Assembly: GCA_965226885.1 (NCBI GenBank)
Contig: CBDDEL010000012.1
Location: 1-64,000 of the forward strand
Direction: 5' to 3'
Source: Opitutales bacterium
Lineage (GTDB): Bacteria > Verrucomicrobiota > Verrucomicrobiia > Opitutales > UBA2987
DNA: 64,000 nt
The position numbers were made by a program, and so were the translations under genes. Of this stretch, positions 1-11,694 are shown piece by piece. Position 1 is the stretch's first letter. Each line of letters opens with the position of its first letter. Under the pieces are notes generated by a model that ran no database searches, had not been told where the DNA came from, and worked only from the letters and a program-made list of their open reading frames with translations.

Positions 1-981
1 GAGATTCACCGCTTTAATAAAGCCCAGCAGGATTTGCTGCTGCCCGATGTCGAACAGGGAAATATCCGTCTCATCGGGGCCACCACCCATAATCCCGGTT
101 TTTACGTAATCGCCCCACTGCTCAGCCGCAGTCATCTCTTCCGCCTGCAACCGATCGCCCCGCAACTCACCGTGCAAGTTCTGCAAAAGGCTTTGGTCGA
201 TGCCGAATACGGTCTGGGCAAACAGAAGTGCCATGCCGATGACAAAGTCCTTATGGATCTGGCCCGGTTGAGTGATGGAGATATGCGCCGGGCCTTGAAT
301 GCCCTCGAAACCCTCGTTGCCACCCTGGAAAATGGAACCAAATTATCTACCGATGACGTCGCCATATTCGCCCGCGAAAGGCAGATACGCTACGATGCCA
401 ACGAGGATGAACACTACGATACGGCCTCGGCCTTTATCAAAAGCCTGCGCGGCGGAGACCCCGATGCGGCCCTCTACTGGCTGGCCAAGATGCTGGCCGG
501 CGGGGAGGACCCGCGGTTTATCGCCCGGCGTCTGGTCATCCTGGCGTCGGAGGATGTGGGGCTGGCCGATCCTCACGCCCTGCCATTGGCCATGGCGGCC
601 TTTCAGGCTTGCGAGGTGATCGGGCTTCCCGAATGCGAGCTGAACCTGGCCCACGCCGTCATATATCTGGCCATGGCGCCCAAGAGCAACAGCGCCTGCG
701 CCGCCATCGGCGAAGCAAAAAAAGCTTTGCGGGAAGGTCAATTGCAGAAAGTTCCCCTTCACCTGCGCGATGCCAGCACAAAAACCAATAAGGGATTCGG
801 GCACGGGAAAGACTATCGCTACAGCCACAATTATCCCGAGGCGATATCCGGCCAGGAATACATGGAAATGCCCCAAAAATTCTACCAGCCAAAAAAATCG
901 GGGGCGGAGACGGCTATTGCCGAGCGTCTTGCCAGATGGAAGCAATTAAAGGAAAAAATACAGGCGAAAGGAAAACCATAA
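1..981 (+). CDS. rarA: Replication-associated recombination protein A (MgsA/RarA AAA+ ATPase), 5' end outside window
   Basis: Frame open from base 1 (EIHRFNKAQQDLLLP); motifs LIGATTHNP, HYDTASAFIKSLRGGDPDAALYWLAKM, RRLVILASEDVGLADP, PKSN. Confidence 0.95.
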   Translation, partial: EIHRFNKAQQDLLLPDVEQGNIRLIGATTHNPGFYVIAPLLSRSHLFRLQPIAPQLTVQVLQKALVDAEYGLGKQKCHADDKVLMDLARLSDGDMRRALNALETLVATLENGTKLSTDDVAIFARERQIRYDANEDEHYDTASAFIKSLRGGDPDAALYWLAKMLAGGEDPRFIARRLVILASEDVGLADPHALPLAMAAFQACEVIGLPECELNLAHAVIYLAMAPKSNSACAAIGEAKKALREGQLQKVPLHLRDASTKTNKGFGHGKDYRYSHNYPEAISGQEYMEMPQKFYQPKKSGAETAIAERLARWKQLKEKIQAKGKP

Positions 982-1126
982 GCTCTCCATGGGAACCTGA
1001 TCAATGGTTCTGTTGTCCTTTAAAATAGCGTTGTAGAATGGAAGTCGCTGTGTTAGTAGATAATTGCCGTTTCATTAAAATTTCTATGCCTTTGACATGC
1101 GTAACTAGATAACACCACCTCCAGCC

Positions 1127-1572
1127 ATGAAAATCTTGTCCTGCATATTTCCAGCCAACTTTTATCGTTTACTATCCGTAATGGTCCTCATTTTGGGAGT
1201 TTCCGCCCTACAAGCTCAAGATGAAGATAGCGAGGAAGGCGTAATGCCGGAACTCGGGGCCTATATTCCGCAGGGGGAAGGCTTTGTGAACCTCCGCATT
1301 GTCAATGGCCATTTTGAACTTTATTTTTTGGACGCGGAAAAAAAAGTGGTCGAACCTGTTTATACTACGGCTTATTTAAAATATGAAAATATCGCCAAAA
1401 AGACCGGGATGAGCGCATTACCCTGAACCTCACAAGCGCCGGGGACTACCAGTACCTGACCAGTGGACGATTCGTAAAAAAGCCGTATAGATTCTGGATA
1501 AATATCCTTTTCAAGGACTCCAACGATCCCGACAAGAGGATTCCTTTCGGAAGGCACCGATTATCGCAATAA
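1127..1572 (+). pseudogene. Secreted hypothetical protein with a frameshift at the A-run 1397-1401
   Basis: Signal-peptide-like N-terminus; ORF 1127-1426 continues in a shifted frame (KDRDERITLNLTS...RHRLSQ) to TAA 1570-1572, just before the next gene. Confidence 0.55.
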
Positions 1573-1585
1573 AGCGACCGGCTGA

Positions 1586-2008
1586 TTGCAATTGAAAAAA
1601 CATTTGCAGAACGGGCTTCTGGCCGCATTGGGAGTGGTCATCGCCTCGCATACTTCTTCCGGCATTCATTATGTGGATGGCTTGACCCTGCTGGTGGTTA
1701 TAATCGTATTGAGCGTTCTCAATATTTTTCTCAAACCCCTGCTGCTGCTTTTAGCGATTCCGTTTATCATCCTCACTCTTGGATTGGGGCTTTGGGTGAT
1801 TAACGCCATCCTTCTCTTGCTGGCCGGTTATCTGGTTGAGGGCTTCGTGGTGGTTTCGCTTCCGGCGGCCCTTTGGGGCGCTTTTGTCATGAGCCTCACA
1901 TCGATCATGGGCAACCTGATATTAGGCGGCAATACCGTCGTCAGGGTGAAGCGCTCTGGGAGAAAAGCTCCGCCCTTCCGGTCCGATGAGGATATCATCG
2001 ACGTTTGA
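1586..2008 (+). CDS. 4-TM phage holin family / YvlD-like membrane protein
   Basis: LNIFLKPLLLLLAIPFIILTLGLGLWVINA...VEGF motif typical of the family. Confidence 0.85.
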   Translation: MQLKKHLQNGLLAALGVVIASHTSSGIHYVDGLTLLVVIIVLSVLNIFLKPLLLLLAIPFIILTLGLGLWVINAILLLLAGYLVEGFVVVSLPAALWGAFVMSLTSIMGNLILGGNTVVRVKRSGRKAPPFRSDEDIIDV

Positions 2009-2055
2009 GCAAAATACGCCGCGTTAAATCCTTAGCTTGAAATGAACCTAATTTA

Positions 2056-3872
2056 GAGGCTGTCCCAAAAATATAAAGATTTTATAGTCAACTGGATGAC
2101 GTTGATAAAAAGAGCCGGAAAGAGCAAGTTTTTGCTCGATCCGGCCAAAAAAGGGTTCTATAATTGAGTTAGCGAAAATCAATATAGCCCTTTCTATGAA
2201 AAATATAGCCATCCAATGCCTCCTGCGTCCAGCTTTAACTGTGGTCGACCGGTGCCTCGATTACGATAACTTCCGCGCCACCATTGATCGAATCGATCGG
2301 CTGCTGATCGACTCGGAGGTGGAATCGCAGGCCATTGAGCTGGCCTTGGAGGGGTGGCCGCCAATGGGTCTAAAGGCCCGGCGGCAGCGGGCCAGTTTTG
2401 CCATCAAGGCACTGCGCATGGATACGCTGGGCCGTCTGCTCGGAGGGATTTCGTTTCGGCATTTGTCGCGGGCTCTGGGCAGCAGCGATCTGTTGGCCGA
2501 CTTTTGCCGTGTCCGGCAGATCGATGGCATCAGGGGCATCTCCAAAAGCACCCTGGAGCGGGCCTCGAAGTTTTTCAGCGAAGAGCAGTTGAGGGCCTTG
2601 CACCGGACCTTGACTGAGGTGGTGGGCGATGCCCTTCTGGCCCGGCAGGTGGGATTGGACAAGCCGATTGACACCACCATTTGCCTGATCGACGGCACCT
2701 GTTTGGAGGCTAACATTCATTGGCCGACGGACTGGGTATTACTCAAGGATGTAGCCGGCACGTTGCTCAAAGCGATCCGGCTGATCCGCGAGAAGGCCGG
2801 TGTGCGCCATCGCATGCCGATCGAACCGGAGCCCTTGGCTCGGCAGATGAATCGGCTGTGCATACAGATGACCCACAGCCGGCGGCGAAAGGACAGCGCG
2901 CGGCAGCGCAAGGGTATCTTGAGGCAGATGAAAAAGCTGCTCAAACGGATCGGGGAGCATGCCCGCAGTCACCGGGAATTATTGCAAGCCTGCTGGGAGC
3001 AAAGCGATTACAGCGAAAAACAGGTCCAACAGATCCTCGCCCGGATGGAGCGCATGAGCGAGCAAATCCCGGTGGTCATCAAACAGGCGCACGAGCGGAT
3101 CATTGGCGGCCGCCAGGTGAAAAACGCAGAGAAAGTCTTGAGTGTTTACGAACTCGATGTGCAGGTGATTGTGCGAGGTAAAGCGGGCCAAGAGGTCGAG
3201 TTCGGCAACACCCTGTTTTTGGGAGAAAGCGTTGAAGGGTACCTGCTGGACTGGAAACTCTACGGCAGCCGAACTCCAAGCGAAAATGAACAAATGCAAG
3301 AGAGTTTGCAAAGACAGAACCGCTTCAACCTGGAAGAACCCATAGCGGCCATGTGCGCGGACCGGGGATTTGCCTCCCAGCGGGCCCGCCGGCAGTTAGC
3401 CCAGGAGGGAATCTACGACGCGCTCTGTCCACGCGATCCGAAGCAGTTGAAAAAACGGATGGAGGAACCACTGTTCAGGCAATTGCAAAAGCGCCGGGCC
3501 AGCACCGAAGGGCGGATCGGGGTATTGAAGAATCGCTGGCAGGCCGGGCGGTTGCGCAGCAAAGGCTTTGCCAACCGCTCGATCAGCGTAGCCTGGTCGG
3601 TACTCTCGCACAACCTATGGAAAGTAGCCAAGATGCTGGCCCAGCAAGACGAACTAAAAACCAAAGCGGCGGCCTAGAGAGCGGAAAAGCAAGGACAATA
3701 CTTTTTCACAGCCGTACTGTCGGCTCATACAAAGAAAACCAGGCAACCGGACCCTAAAACCAGTATCCTAACGTCATAGAAGAGCAAAGTTGATACTCTC
3801 CCAAATGCAAATACCTCTAAAATGAGCGCCTATCAAAAGCCCTCGCAAAAATCACCCTTTTGGGACAGCCTC
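2056..3872 (+). mobile_element. IS5/ISNCY-like insertion sequence, copy 1 (1817 bp)
   Basis: Terminal inverted repeats GAGGCTGTCCCAAAA / TTTTGGGACAGCCTC; 7-bp TSD TAATTTA (2049-2055, 3873-3879). Confidence 0.95.
2196..3677 (+). CDS. DDE transposase (IS5/ISNCY-like), 493 aa
   Basis: IDGTCLEANIHWPTD, GKAGQEVEFG, ADRGF, RASTEGRIGVLK motifs; three near-identical copies in the window. Confidence 0.92.
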   Translation: MKNIAIQCLLRPALTVVDRCLDYDNFRATIDRIDRLLIDSEVESQAIELALEGWPPMGLKARRQRASFAIKALRMDTLGRLLGGISFRHLSRALGSSDLLADFCRVRQIDGIRGISKSTLERASKFFSEEQLRALHRTLTEVVGDALLARQVGLDKPIDTTICLIDGTCLEANIHWPTDWVLLKDVAGTLLKAIRLIREKAGVRHRMPIEPEPLARQMNRLCIQMTHSRRRKDSARQRKGILRQMKKLLKRIGEHARSHRELLQACWEQSDYSEKQVQQILARMERMSEQIPVVIKQAHERIIGGRQVKNAEKVLSVYELDVQVIVRGKAGQEVEFGNTLFLGESVEGYLLDWKLYGSRTPSENEQMQESLQRQNRFNLEEPIAAMCADRGFASQRARRQLAQEGIYDALCPRDPKQLKKRMEEPLFRQLQKRRASTEGRIGVLKNRWQAGRLRSKGFANRSISVAWSVLSHNLWKVAKMLAQQDELKTKAAA

Positions 3873-3900
3873 TAATTTATCCTAGGCTGTACTCATTGGC

Positions 3901-4758
3901 AGGGAAACTACAGTCGTTACGGTAAAAAAATTCCACCAGCAGGGCGCACGGGTTTTAACCGACTCGCTGGCCGTCGAGGAACCGTTGGAAATCAAACTGG
4001 GCTATGAACGCTCCGGCAACTACATCCGGCGGAGCATCTCCATTACCATGCGCACTCCAGGCCGGGATTTCGACCTGGCCAGCGGATTCCTGTTAACCGA
4101 GGGTATCATCACCGATTACGATCAAATCGTGAAAATTTCCGATCTTGACGGACAAAATGACGAAAAGGCGACTGCGGCCGTGGCCGGCCAGTCGGTCTGC
4201 GTGGAACTGAAGCCGGAAGTCCAAATTGACCTGAAACGGCTGGAAAGGCATTTTTACACCACCTCAAGTTGCGGCGTTTGCGGCAAGGCTTCCCTCGAAG
4301 CGCTCAACCTGGCCGGATTCAAAGCGCCCCCGGCCGAAGGACCCATTTTCGCCCCCAAGGTTATCGAATCGCTGCCCCTGACATTGCAGCGAAACCAGCC
4401 GGGATACAACGCCACCGGGGGTTTGCATGGGGCCGCTTTGTTTGATCCGGGGGGCGGCCTGGTGGTATTGCGGGAAGACGTGGGCCGCCACAACGCCGTT
4501 GACAAGGTGATCGGCTCACAACTGCGCCAAAACCGCCTCCCGCTCCACGAATGCCTTTCACTGGTCAGCGGGCGAACCAGTTTCGAGATACTGCAAAAGG
4601 CTTTGGCGGCCGGAATTCCCATTGTTGCCGGTGTGGGCGCGCCTTCCAGTCTAGCGGTGGAGGTGGCCTGCGCCTTTAACCTTACTTTGATCGGATTTCT
4701 TCGAGAGGGCCAATTCAACCTCTACAGCGGCGGCCAAAGGATTATGAATAGCGATTAA
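3901..4758 (+). CDS. fdhD: Formate dehydrogenase accessory sulfurtransferase FdhD (start uncertain; IS inserted immediately upstream)
   Basis: DSLAVEEPLEI, TMRTPG, SSCGVCG, TGGLHGAA, REDVGRHNAVDK; reading frame open upstream of the called TTG at 3985. Confidence 0.92.
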   Translation, partial: RETTVVTVKKFHQQGARVLTDSLAVEEPLEIKLGYERSGNYIRRSISITMRTPGRDFDLASGFLLTEGIITDYDQIVKISDLDGQNDEKATAAVAGQSVCVELKPEVQIDLKRLERHFYTTSSCGVCGKASLEALNLAGFKAPPAEGPIFAPKVIESLPLTLQRNQPGYNATGGLHGAALFDPGGGLVVLREDVGRHNAVDKVIGSQLRQNRLPLHECLSLVSGRTSFEILQKALAAGIPIVAGVGAPSSLAVEVACAFNLTLIGFLREGQFNLYSGGQRIMNSD

Positions 4759-5120
4759 TAGGAATTTTCTTTATTTGCGTTTATCTATGCAATCAACGAT
4801 TTTATGAAACTTTTAAGTTAACCGACCATGCCCCAAAATCTCAGTGAATTATCTGGCCGAAAAGGCGTTGTGGACAACCTTTTTGCCAGAATGGGAGAGG
4901 CCGCCGCTGCCGACGGGACGCCTTCCTTGAAGGATCTCGAACGGCTGGCCGACGAGTTCCTCATGGGCAAGGCCAACACCTACGGAACGGCCACCTTCTA
5001 TGATTTCATGAAGCCCGAGAACAAGGACAAAAAGGTCTATCTATGCAATGGCACGGCATGTTATGCAATGGCACGGCATGTCTTTGCGCGGGCACACAAG
5101 AGAACGTTCGAGCGGAATTG

Positions 5121-5922
5121 GGTAGTGTATAAAAAAAGAATGTTATTTTGTATTTTTAGCTGTACAAATAGCGTTAGGCAGTTTATTCTTAGTGCATGGT
5201 TACTAAAATTATTAATTGTCGGCACTGTGGAAGTGAAAATATCATTAAATTTGGCAAGACGCCCAACCATAAACAGCGCTACCGCTGCCATGATTGTGGT
5301 AAACAAAGCCGCGAAAACCCCACAGTGAAATACACCGAAGAGCAAAAAGAAATGATCCTTCGAGTCTATCAGGAACGCAGCAGTCTACGCGGTTTACAGC
5401 GCGCCTTCGGGGTGAGTCCCAACACCGTTTTGAGTTGGTTAAAAAAAACGACAATCGCTGCGACCGCTCAAAAGCACGATTCTTGCGGCCCGCCGCCATG
5501 ATGTCATTGAACTGGACGAACTGTGGTCTTTTGTGGGGCGCAAGAGCGATGCCCAATGGGTTTGGATCGCTCTTTGCCGACGCACCCGTCAAATCCTCTC
5601 CTATGCCATTGGGCCTCGGGATTGGTATCGTTGCCGGGAACTTTACGAGCGTCTGCCACGGGCCTACAAAAGATGTGCCACCTACAGCGACTTTTGGAGC
5701 ACTTATGATGAAGTCTTTCCTCATAACCGATCCGTGGGAAAAGAAACCGGTGAAACGGCCCATGTGGAACGATGGAACAATACCCTGCGCCAACGACTGG
5801 GTCGTTTCACACGCAAAACCCTCTCCTTTTCCAAGCTTAAGAGTATGCATGAAACCTGTCTGAGACTTTTCATTCATCAATATAATCAAGAATTAGCCAC
5901 CATTCCTACTTAATACACTACC
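5121..5922 (+). mobile_element. IS1 family element, copy 1 (802 bp)
   Basis: Ends GGTAGTGTAT / ATACACTACC; 8-bp TSD CGGAATTG. Confidence 0.95.
5196..5913 (+). CDS. IS1 transposase InsA/InsB with predicted -1 programmed frameshift
   Basis: InsA zinc ribbon CRHC...CHDC plus HTH; InsB DELWSF...SDFW...[11 protein letters not shown]-rich slippery run near 5440-5448. Confidence 0.9.
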
Positions 5923-7437
5923 CGGAATTGAAGAGCCACTTCAACGAAAGTGAAATCGGGCATATGACTTGCCTGGGCCGTTGTCACGAAAATGGCGCCT
6001 TCCATTACAATGACAATGGGAAAAATTACTCGGCCAAAAATGCGCAAGAAATCGCCTCTGTTCTCACCGCCAAGGGCGACGAAGACCAACACAATCAAGA
6101 CCAATACAGAGTCAGGGCATGGGGAAAACCGGTCTTGACGGCTGAATTTGAAGGCTTCGATACTCATTATGCTGTTCTCCGGGAAGCGCTCAAAAGGGAA
6201 TCATCCGGGATTCTGGAGGAAATTAAAAAATCGCAACTGCGGGGACGCGGAGGTGCGGGGTTTCCCATGGGTTTCAAACTGGAGTCGTGCCGGAACACGC
6301 CAGGGGACGTCAAATTCATCATCTGCAATGCGGACGAAGGCGATCCGGGCGCTTATTCCGACCGCTATTTGTTGGAACAACGGCCGCACTCAGTCCTTTT
6401 CGGCATGTTGATGGCTGGCTATGTGACGCATGCCAACTGGGGCATATCCAACTGGGGCATATTATACATCCGGGCCGAATACCCCGAAGCAGTCGAAATC
6501 GTGCAGGAGGCCATTGATGAATTGAGGGCCAACGACCTGTTAGGGAAGAATATCCTGGGAAGCGGTTTCGATTTCGACCTTAAATTTATTCAGGCACAGG
6601 GTTCCTACATTTGCGGCGAGGAAACCGCCCTGATTAACTCGATCGAGGGCCAGCGCCCGGAAGTGAGGACGCGGCCGCCTTATCCGGCGCAGGTTGGATT
6701 GTTCAATAAACCGACCATCGTCAATAACGTGGAGACTCTGGCAGCGCTGCATTTTATCCTCAAAAATGGGGGCACGGCTTACCGCTCTCTGGGCACAGAA
6801 AAATCGAGCGGCACCAAGCTGGTTTGCCTCGATAGTTTCTTCAAAAATCCCGGTCTCTGCGAAGTTGAAATGGGAACCCCCCTTTTCGCAGTGGTGAACG
6901 ATCTGGGCGGCGGGTTCCGTTCGCCGGTCAAAGCCATGCACATAGGCGGGCCTTTGGGAGGGATGGTTCCGGTGGAGAAAATCGATGACTTGACGATCGA
7001 TTTCGAGTCTTTTACCGAAGAGGGGTTTTTACTCGGACATGCTTCCATAGTGTGCATTCCGGAGGATTTTCCCATGATCGAATATCTGGAGCACCTTTTT
7101 GATTTTGCGGCCTATGAGAGCTGTGGGAAATGCTTCCCTTGCCGGTTGGGAACCCTCCGCGCCCACGAGTTGCTGCAAAAAGCCAATCGCAATGGGTCGG
7201 GGCCGGTCTTTAAAATCGACCGTGAATTGTTCGACGACCTCCTGCACACCCTGGAAACGGGTTCCCTCTGCGCGCACGGCGGAGGCATTCCCCTGCCCGT
7301 CAAAAACGCGCTTGAATATTTTGCCGAAGAGTTGAAAATATACTTTGAGAACTGAGACGCCTCCACGATGAGCAAGATTGCCTATATCAACGACCGGCCA
7401 ATTGCCTATATCAACGTCCGGCCATTTTCCTATGATA

Positions 7438-9268
7438 GAGGCTGTCCCAAAAGGGTGATTTTTGCGAGGGCTTTTGATAGGCGCTCATTTTAGAGGTATT
7501 TGCATTTGGGAGAGTATCAACTTTGCTCTCCTATGACGTTAGGATACTGGTTTTGGGGTCCGGTTGCCTGGTTTTCTTTGTATGAGCCGACAGTACGGCT
7601 GTGAAAAAGTATTGTCCTTGCTTTTCCGCTCTCTAGGCCGCCGCTTTGGTTTTTAGTTCGTCTTGCTGGGCCAGCATCTTGGCTACTTTCCATAGGTTGT
7701 GCGAGAGTACCGACCAGGCTACGCTGATCGAGCGGTTGGCAAAGCCTTTGCTGCGCAACCGCCCGGCCTGCCAGCGATTCTTCAATACCCCGATCCGCCC
7801 TTCGGTGCTGGCCCGGCGCTTTTGCAATTGTCTGAACAGTGGTTCCTCCATCCGTTTTTTCAACTGCTTCGGATCGCGTGGACAGAGCGCGTCGTAGATT
7901 CCCTCCTGGGCTAACTGCCGGCGGGCCCGCTGGGAGGCAAATCCCCGGTCCGCGCACATGGCCGCTATGGGTTCTTCCAGGTTGAAGCGGTTCTGTCTTT
8001 GCAAACTCTCTTGCATTTGTTCATTTTCGCTTGGAGTTCGGCTGCCGTAGAGTTTCCAGTCCAGCAGGTACCCTTCAACGCTTTCTCCCAAAAACAGGGT
8101 GTTGCCGAACTCGACCTCTTGGCCCGCTTTACCTCGCACAATCACCTGCCCATCGAGTTCGTAAACACTCAAGACTTTCTCTGCGTTTTTCACCTGCCGG
8201 CCGCCAATGATCCGCTCGTGCGCCTGTTTGATGACCACCGGGATTTGCTCGCTCATGCGCTCCATCCGGGCGAGGATCTGTTGGACCTGTTTTTCGCTGT
8301 AATCGCTTTGCTCCCAGCAGGCTTGCAATAATTCCCGGTGACTGCGGGCATGCTCCCCGATCCGTTTGAGCAGCTTTTTCATCTGCCTCAAGATACCCTT
8401 GCGCTGCCGCGCGCTGTCCTTTCGCCGCCGGCTGTGGGTCATCTGTATGCACAGCCGATTCATCTGCCGAGCCAAGGGCTCCGGTTCGATCGGCATGCGA
8501 TGGCGCACACCGGCCTTCTCGCGGATCAGCCGGATCGCTTTGAGCAACGTGCCGGCTACATCCTTGAGTAATACCCAGTCCGTCGGCCAATGAATGTTAG
8601 CCTCCAAACAGGTGCCGTCGATCAGGCAAATGGTGGTGTCAATCGGCTTGTCCAATCCCACCTGCCGGGCCAGAAGGGCATCGCCCACCACCTCAGTCAA
8701 GGTCCGGTGCAAGGCCCTCAACTGCTCTTCGCTGAAAAACTTCGAGGCCCCCTCCAGGGTGCTTTTGGAGATGCCCCTGATGCCATCGATCTGCCGGACA
8801 CGGCAAAAGTCGGCCAACAGATCGCTGCTGCCCAGAGCCCGCGACAAATGCCGAAACGAAATCCCTCCGAGCAGACGGCCCAGCGTATCCATGCGCAGTG
8901 CCTTGATGGCAAAACTGGCCCGCTGCCGCCGGGCCTTTAGACCCATTGGCTGCCACCCCTCCAAGGCCAGCTCAATGGCCTGCGATTCCACCTCCGAGTC
9001 GATCAGCAGCCGATCGATTCGATCAATGGTGGCGCGGAAGTTATCGTAATCGAGGCACCGGTCGACCACAGTTAAAGCTGGACGCAGGAGGCATTGGATG
9101 GCTATATTTTTCATAGAAAGGGCTACATAGAAAGGGCTATATTGATTTTCGCTAACTCAATTATAGAACCCTTTTTTGGCCGGATCGAGCAAAAACTTGC
9201 TCTTTCCGGCTCTTTTTATCAACGTCATCCAGTTGACTATAAAATCTTTATATTTTTGGGACAGCCTC
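7438..9268 (-). mobile_element. IS5/ISNCY-like insertion sequence, copy 2, inside fdhF
   Basis: Same TIRs as copy 1; 7-bp TSD TATGATA (7431-7437, 9269-9275); extra 14-bp duplication at 9112-9139. Confidence 0.95.
7633..9114 (-). CDS. DDE transposase (IS5/ISNCY-like), 493 aa
   Basis: Near-identical to 2196-3677. Confidence 0.92.
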   Translation of the reverse strand: MKNIAIQCLLRPALTVVDRCLDYDNFRATIDRIDRLLIDSEVESQAIELALEGWQPMGLKARRQRASFAIKALRMDTLGRLLGGISFRHLSRALGSSDLLADFCRVRQIDGIRGISKSTLEGASKFFSEEQLRALHRTLTEVVGDALLARQVGLDKPIDTTICLIDGTCLEANIHWPTDWVLLKDVAGTLLKAIRLIREKAGVRHRMPIEPEPLARQMNRLCIQMTHSRRRKDSARQRKGILRQMKKLLKRIGEHARSHRELLQACWEQSDYSEKQVQQILARMERMSEQIPVVIKQAHERIIGGRQVKNAEKVLSVYELDGQVIVRGKAGQEVEFGNTLFLGESVEGYLLDWKLYGSRTPSENEQMQESLQRQNRFNLEEPIAAMCADRGFASQRARRQLAQEGIYDALCPRDPKQLKKRMEEPLFRQLQKRRASTEGRIGVLKNRWQAGRLRSKGFANRSISVAWSVLSHNLWKVAKMLAQQDELKTKAAA

Positions 9269-10932
9269 TATGATAACGGCGAGACCCTCTTGTCATTCAT
9301 CAAAAGGAATCATGGGCCGGATGCAGTCCCCACTTTGTGCGATGCTCCCAACCTGGAACCTTTCGGCTCCTGCCGGGTGTGCAGCGTAGATGTGGCCCTG
9401 GAACGCGGGGGCAAGGCCAAAACCCAGGCCGCCTGCCATACTCCCATCATGGAGGGCAGTTATATTTATCCGGATTCCGAAAACGTCCAGCGACTGAGGA
9501 GAAACATCATTGAGCTGGTCTTAACCGACCATCCCCTGGATTGCCTCATTTGCGAGGTAAACGGAAATTGCGAATTGCAAACGGTGGCCGCCCGGGTCGG
9601 TATTCGCGAGGTGCGCTATCCCGCTGGCAAAACGCACTTGCACCGGGAAAAGGATTTGACCCACCCCTACATGACTTCCGACTTGTCGAAGTGCATCAAT
9701 TGCTACCGCTGTGTGCGCGCTTGCGATGAAGTGCAGGGCCAATTTGTCCTCAACATGGCAGGGCGAGGATTTGACAGCCATATTATCAAGGGGTTCGACC
9801 AGTCTTTCATGGACTCGGATTGCGTTAGCTGCGGCGCTTGTTCGCAGGCCTGCCCGACCTCCGCCATTTCCGATATTTTCCAGTCCAAGTCTATTCATGC
9901 CGATAAAAAGACCCGCACCGTGTGCACTTACTGCGGTGTCGGCTGCAACCTGGAGGTCGCCACCAGGGGCGATAAAATCCTCTCCATTCAAGCTCCTTTC
10001 GACGCCGAGGCCAATAACGGCCACACCTGCCTAAAAGGTCGTTATGCCTTCAAGTTCTACGATCATCCGGATCGTTTGCGCAGCCCCATGATCAAGCGCA
10101 ATGGAAACTTCGAGTCCGTTAGCTGGGATGAAGCCTATGATTTCATGGCCGGTAAATTCAAGTCCATCAAAACGGAGCACGGCCCCGACGCAATTGCCGG
10201 CATTTCCTGCGCGCGGACCCCCAATGAGGAAAATTACCTCATGCAAAAATTCATCCGTTCGGTTATCGGGACGAACAATATCGATTGCTGCGCGCGGGTC
10301 TGCCACTCCCCCACGGCGTTGGGTATGCAGCGTTCCTTCGGCACCGGCGCGGCCACCAATTCCATTGATGACCTCGAGCATACCGACTGTATTTTTATCA
10401 TTGGAGCCAATCCCACCGACGCTCACCCCGTGACCGGCGCCAAAATGAGGCAGGCCGTCATGAAGGGAACCACCATGATCATTGTGGACCCGCGAAAAAT
10501 CGAATTGTCGAAATACGCCCAGTATAACCTGCAATTGCGGCCGGGGACGAATGTCGCCCTCCTCAATATGATGCTCTACTTCATTATCGAGGAAGGATTG
10601 GAGGATCAGCAATTTATCGATAGCCGGTGCGAGGGTTACGAGGAAATGAAGGAGGAAATCCTCAAACTCGACATCGACAAATTGGCGGAAATAACCGGGG
10701 TCGATAAGGAACTGGTGAGAGAGGCCAGCATCGCCTACGCCAGCGCCGGGGCGGCCATGTGTAAACGCCGGGATGAAACCGGTACGGGGGTCGGGGTAAA
10801 ACCGGTACGCTTGGAATAAGGTTTAGGTTAGTAATTGCAGGTACGTCAAGGTTTAGGGTTTGGGAGTTGGTTTTGGGGATTGGCTTGGGGTCGGTGAGGA
10901 GGCCGGAGGCCGACGAGCCGGGCCCAAGGCGT

Positions 10933-11694
10933 TTATTGTTTTGTGCCACGGCGTCGAGCATCGCGCAAGCGGTAGCTTTGCCCGTTGGCTTCGAGGATAT
11001 GCACCCGATGGGTGAGTCGGTCCAGCAGAGCTCCGGTGAGCCGTTCGGAACCGAGCACTTCGATCCAGTTCTCAAAGGGCAGGTTGGTGGTGACGATGAG
11101 ACTGGTGCGCTCGTAAGCGCGGCTGACCACGTCGAAGAGCAGTTCGGAACCGGTCTTGGAAAAAGGGACGTAACCGAGTTCGTCGAGGATGAGTCGGTCG
11201 AGCCTTTCGAGTTGCTTCATGAAGCGCTGCAGGTCGTGGTTGTCGCGTTGCTCGAGCATATGGGTAACCAGGGCGGTGACCCCGAAGAAACGGATCCGCC
11301 GGCCCTGGGCACAGGCGGCAAAGCCCAGGGCGGTGGCCAGGTGCGTTTTACCGGTACCGGCGTTACCGAGGAGCAGCACGTTTTCGCGCTGGTCGACATA
11401 CTCCCCGCGCATGAGCTCTCGGATGAGCGCTTCGTTGATCGAGGGCTGCGCTTCAAAGGCGAAGCTCTCGAGGGTCTTGAGCACGGGGAAACGGGCGTTT
11501 TTGATCCGCCGCTGGGCGGCCCGCTGTTCGCGTTCAATGAGCTCCCGTTCGACCAGATGCAACAAAAAGGCGGCGTAATCGAGCCGGTCCCGGGAACAAG
11601 CCGCGGCCACCGCCGGCCATTCGCGCAGGATGGTGGGCAACTTCAGTTTCTTGAGGTGATGGTGTAACAGCAGCTGGTTTTTTTCTTCCTTCAT
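10933..11694 (-). CDS. istB: IS21 helper ATPase IstB
   Basis: GNAGTGKTHLA Walker A, LILDELGY, TTNLPF, ALLDRLTH. Confidence 0.95.
   Translation of the reverse strand: MKEEKNQLLLHHHLKKLKLPTILREWPAVAAACSRDRLDYAAFLLHLVERELIEREQRAAQRRIKNARFPVLKTLESFAFEAQPSINEALIRELMRGEYVDQRENVLLLGNAGTGKTHLATALGFAACAQGRRIRFFGVTALVTHMLEQRDNHDLQRFMKQLERLDRLILDELGYVPFSKTGSELLFDVVSRAYERTSLIVTTNLPFENWIEVLGSERLTGALLDRLTHRVHILEANGQSYRLRDARRRGTKQ

Larger units (their letters stand above)
4828..7355 (+). pseudogene. NAD-linked formate dehydrogenase diaphorase subunit (NuoE/NuoF-like, FdsG/FdsB-type fusion), disrupted
   Basis: CNGTAC(LCAG) and CLGRC 2Fe-2S motifs, LRGRGGAGFP, CNADEGDPG, YICGEETAL, ESCGKCFPCR; broken by a 20-bp duplication (5042-5081) and IS1 (5121-5922). 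Confidence 0.9.

Noticed and set aside
9176..10819. 547-aa and 455-aa (13169-14536) ORFs as separate FDH subunits
   Set aside because: Their termini derive from IS ends; removing the ISs and TSDs restores one continuous fdhF frame.
10867..11667. Long antisense ORFs inside IS21, IS5-like, IS1 and IS1380 copies
   Set aside because: They recur only because the ISs are repeated; the IS21 one is interrupted by a stop in copy 2, and none has a recognisable domain.
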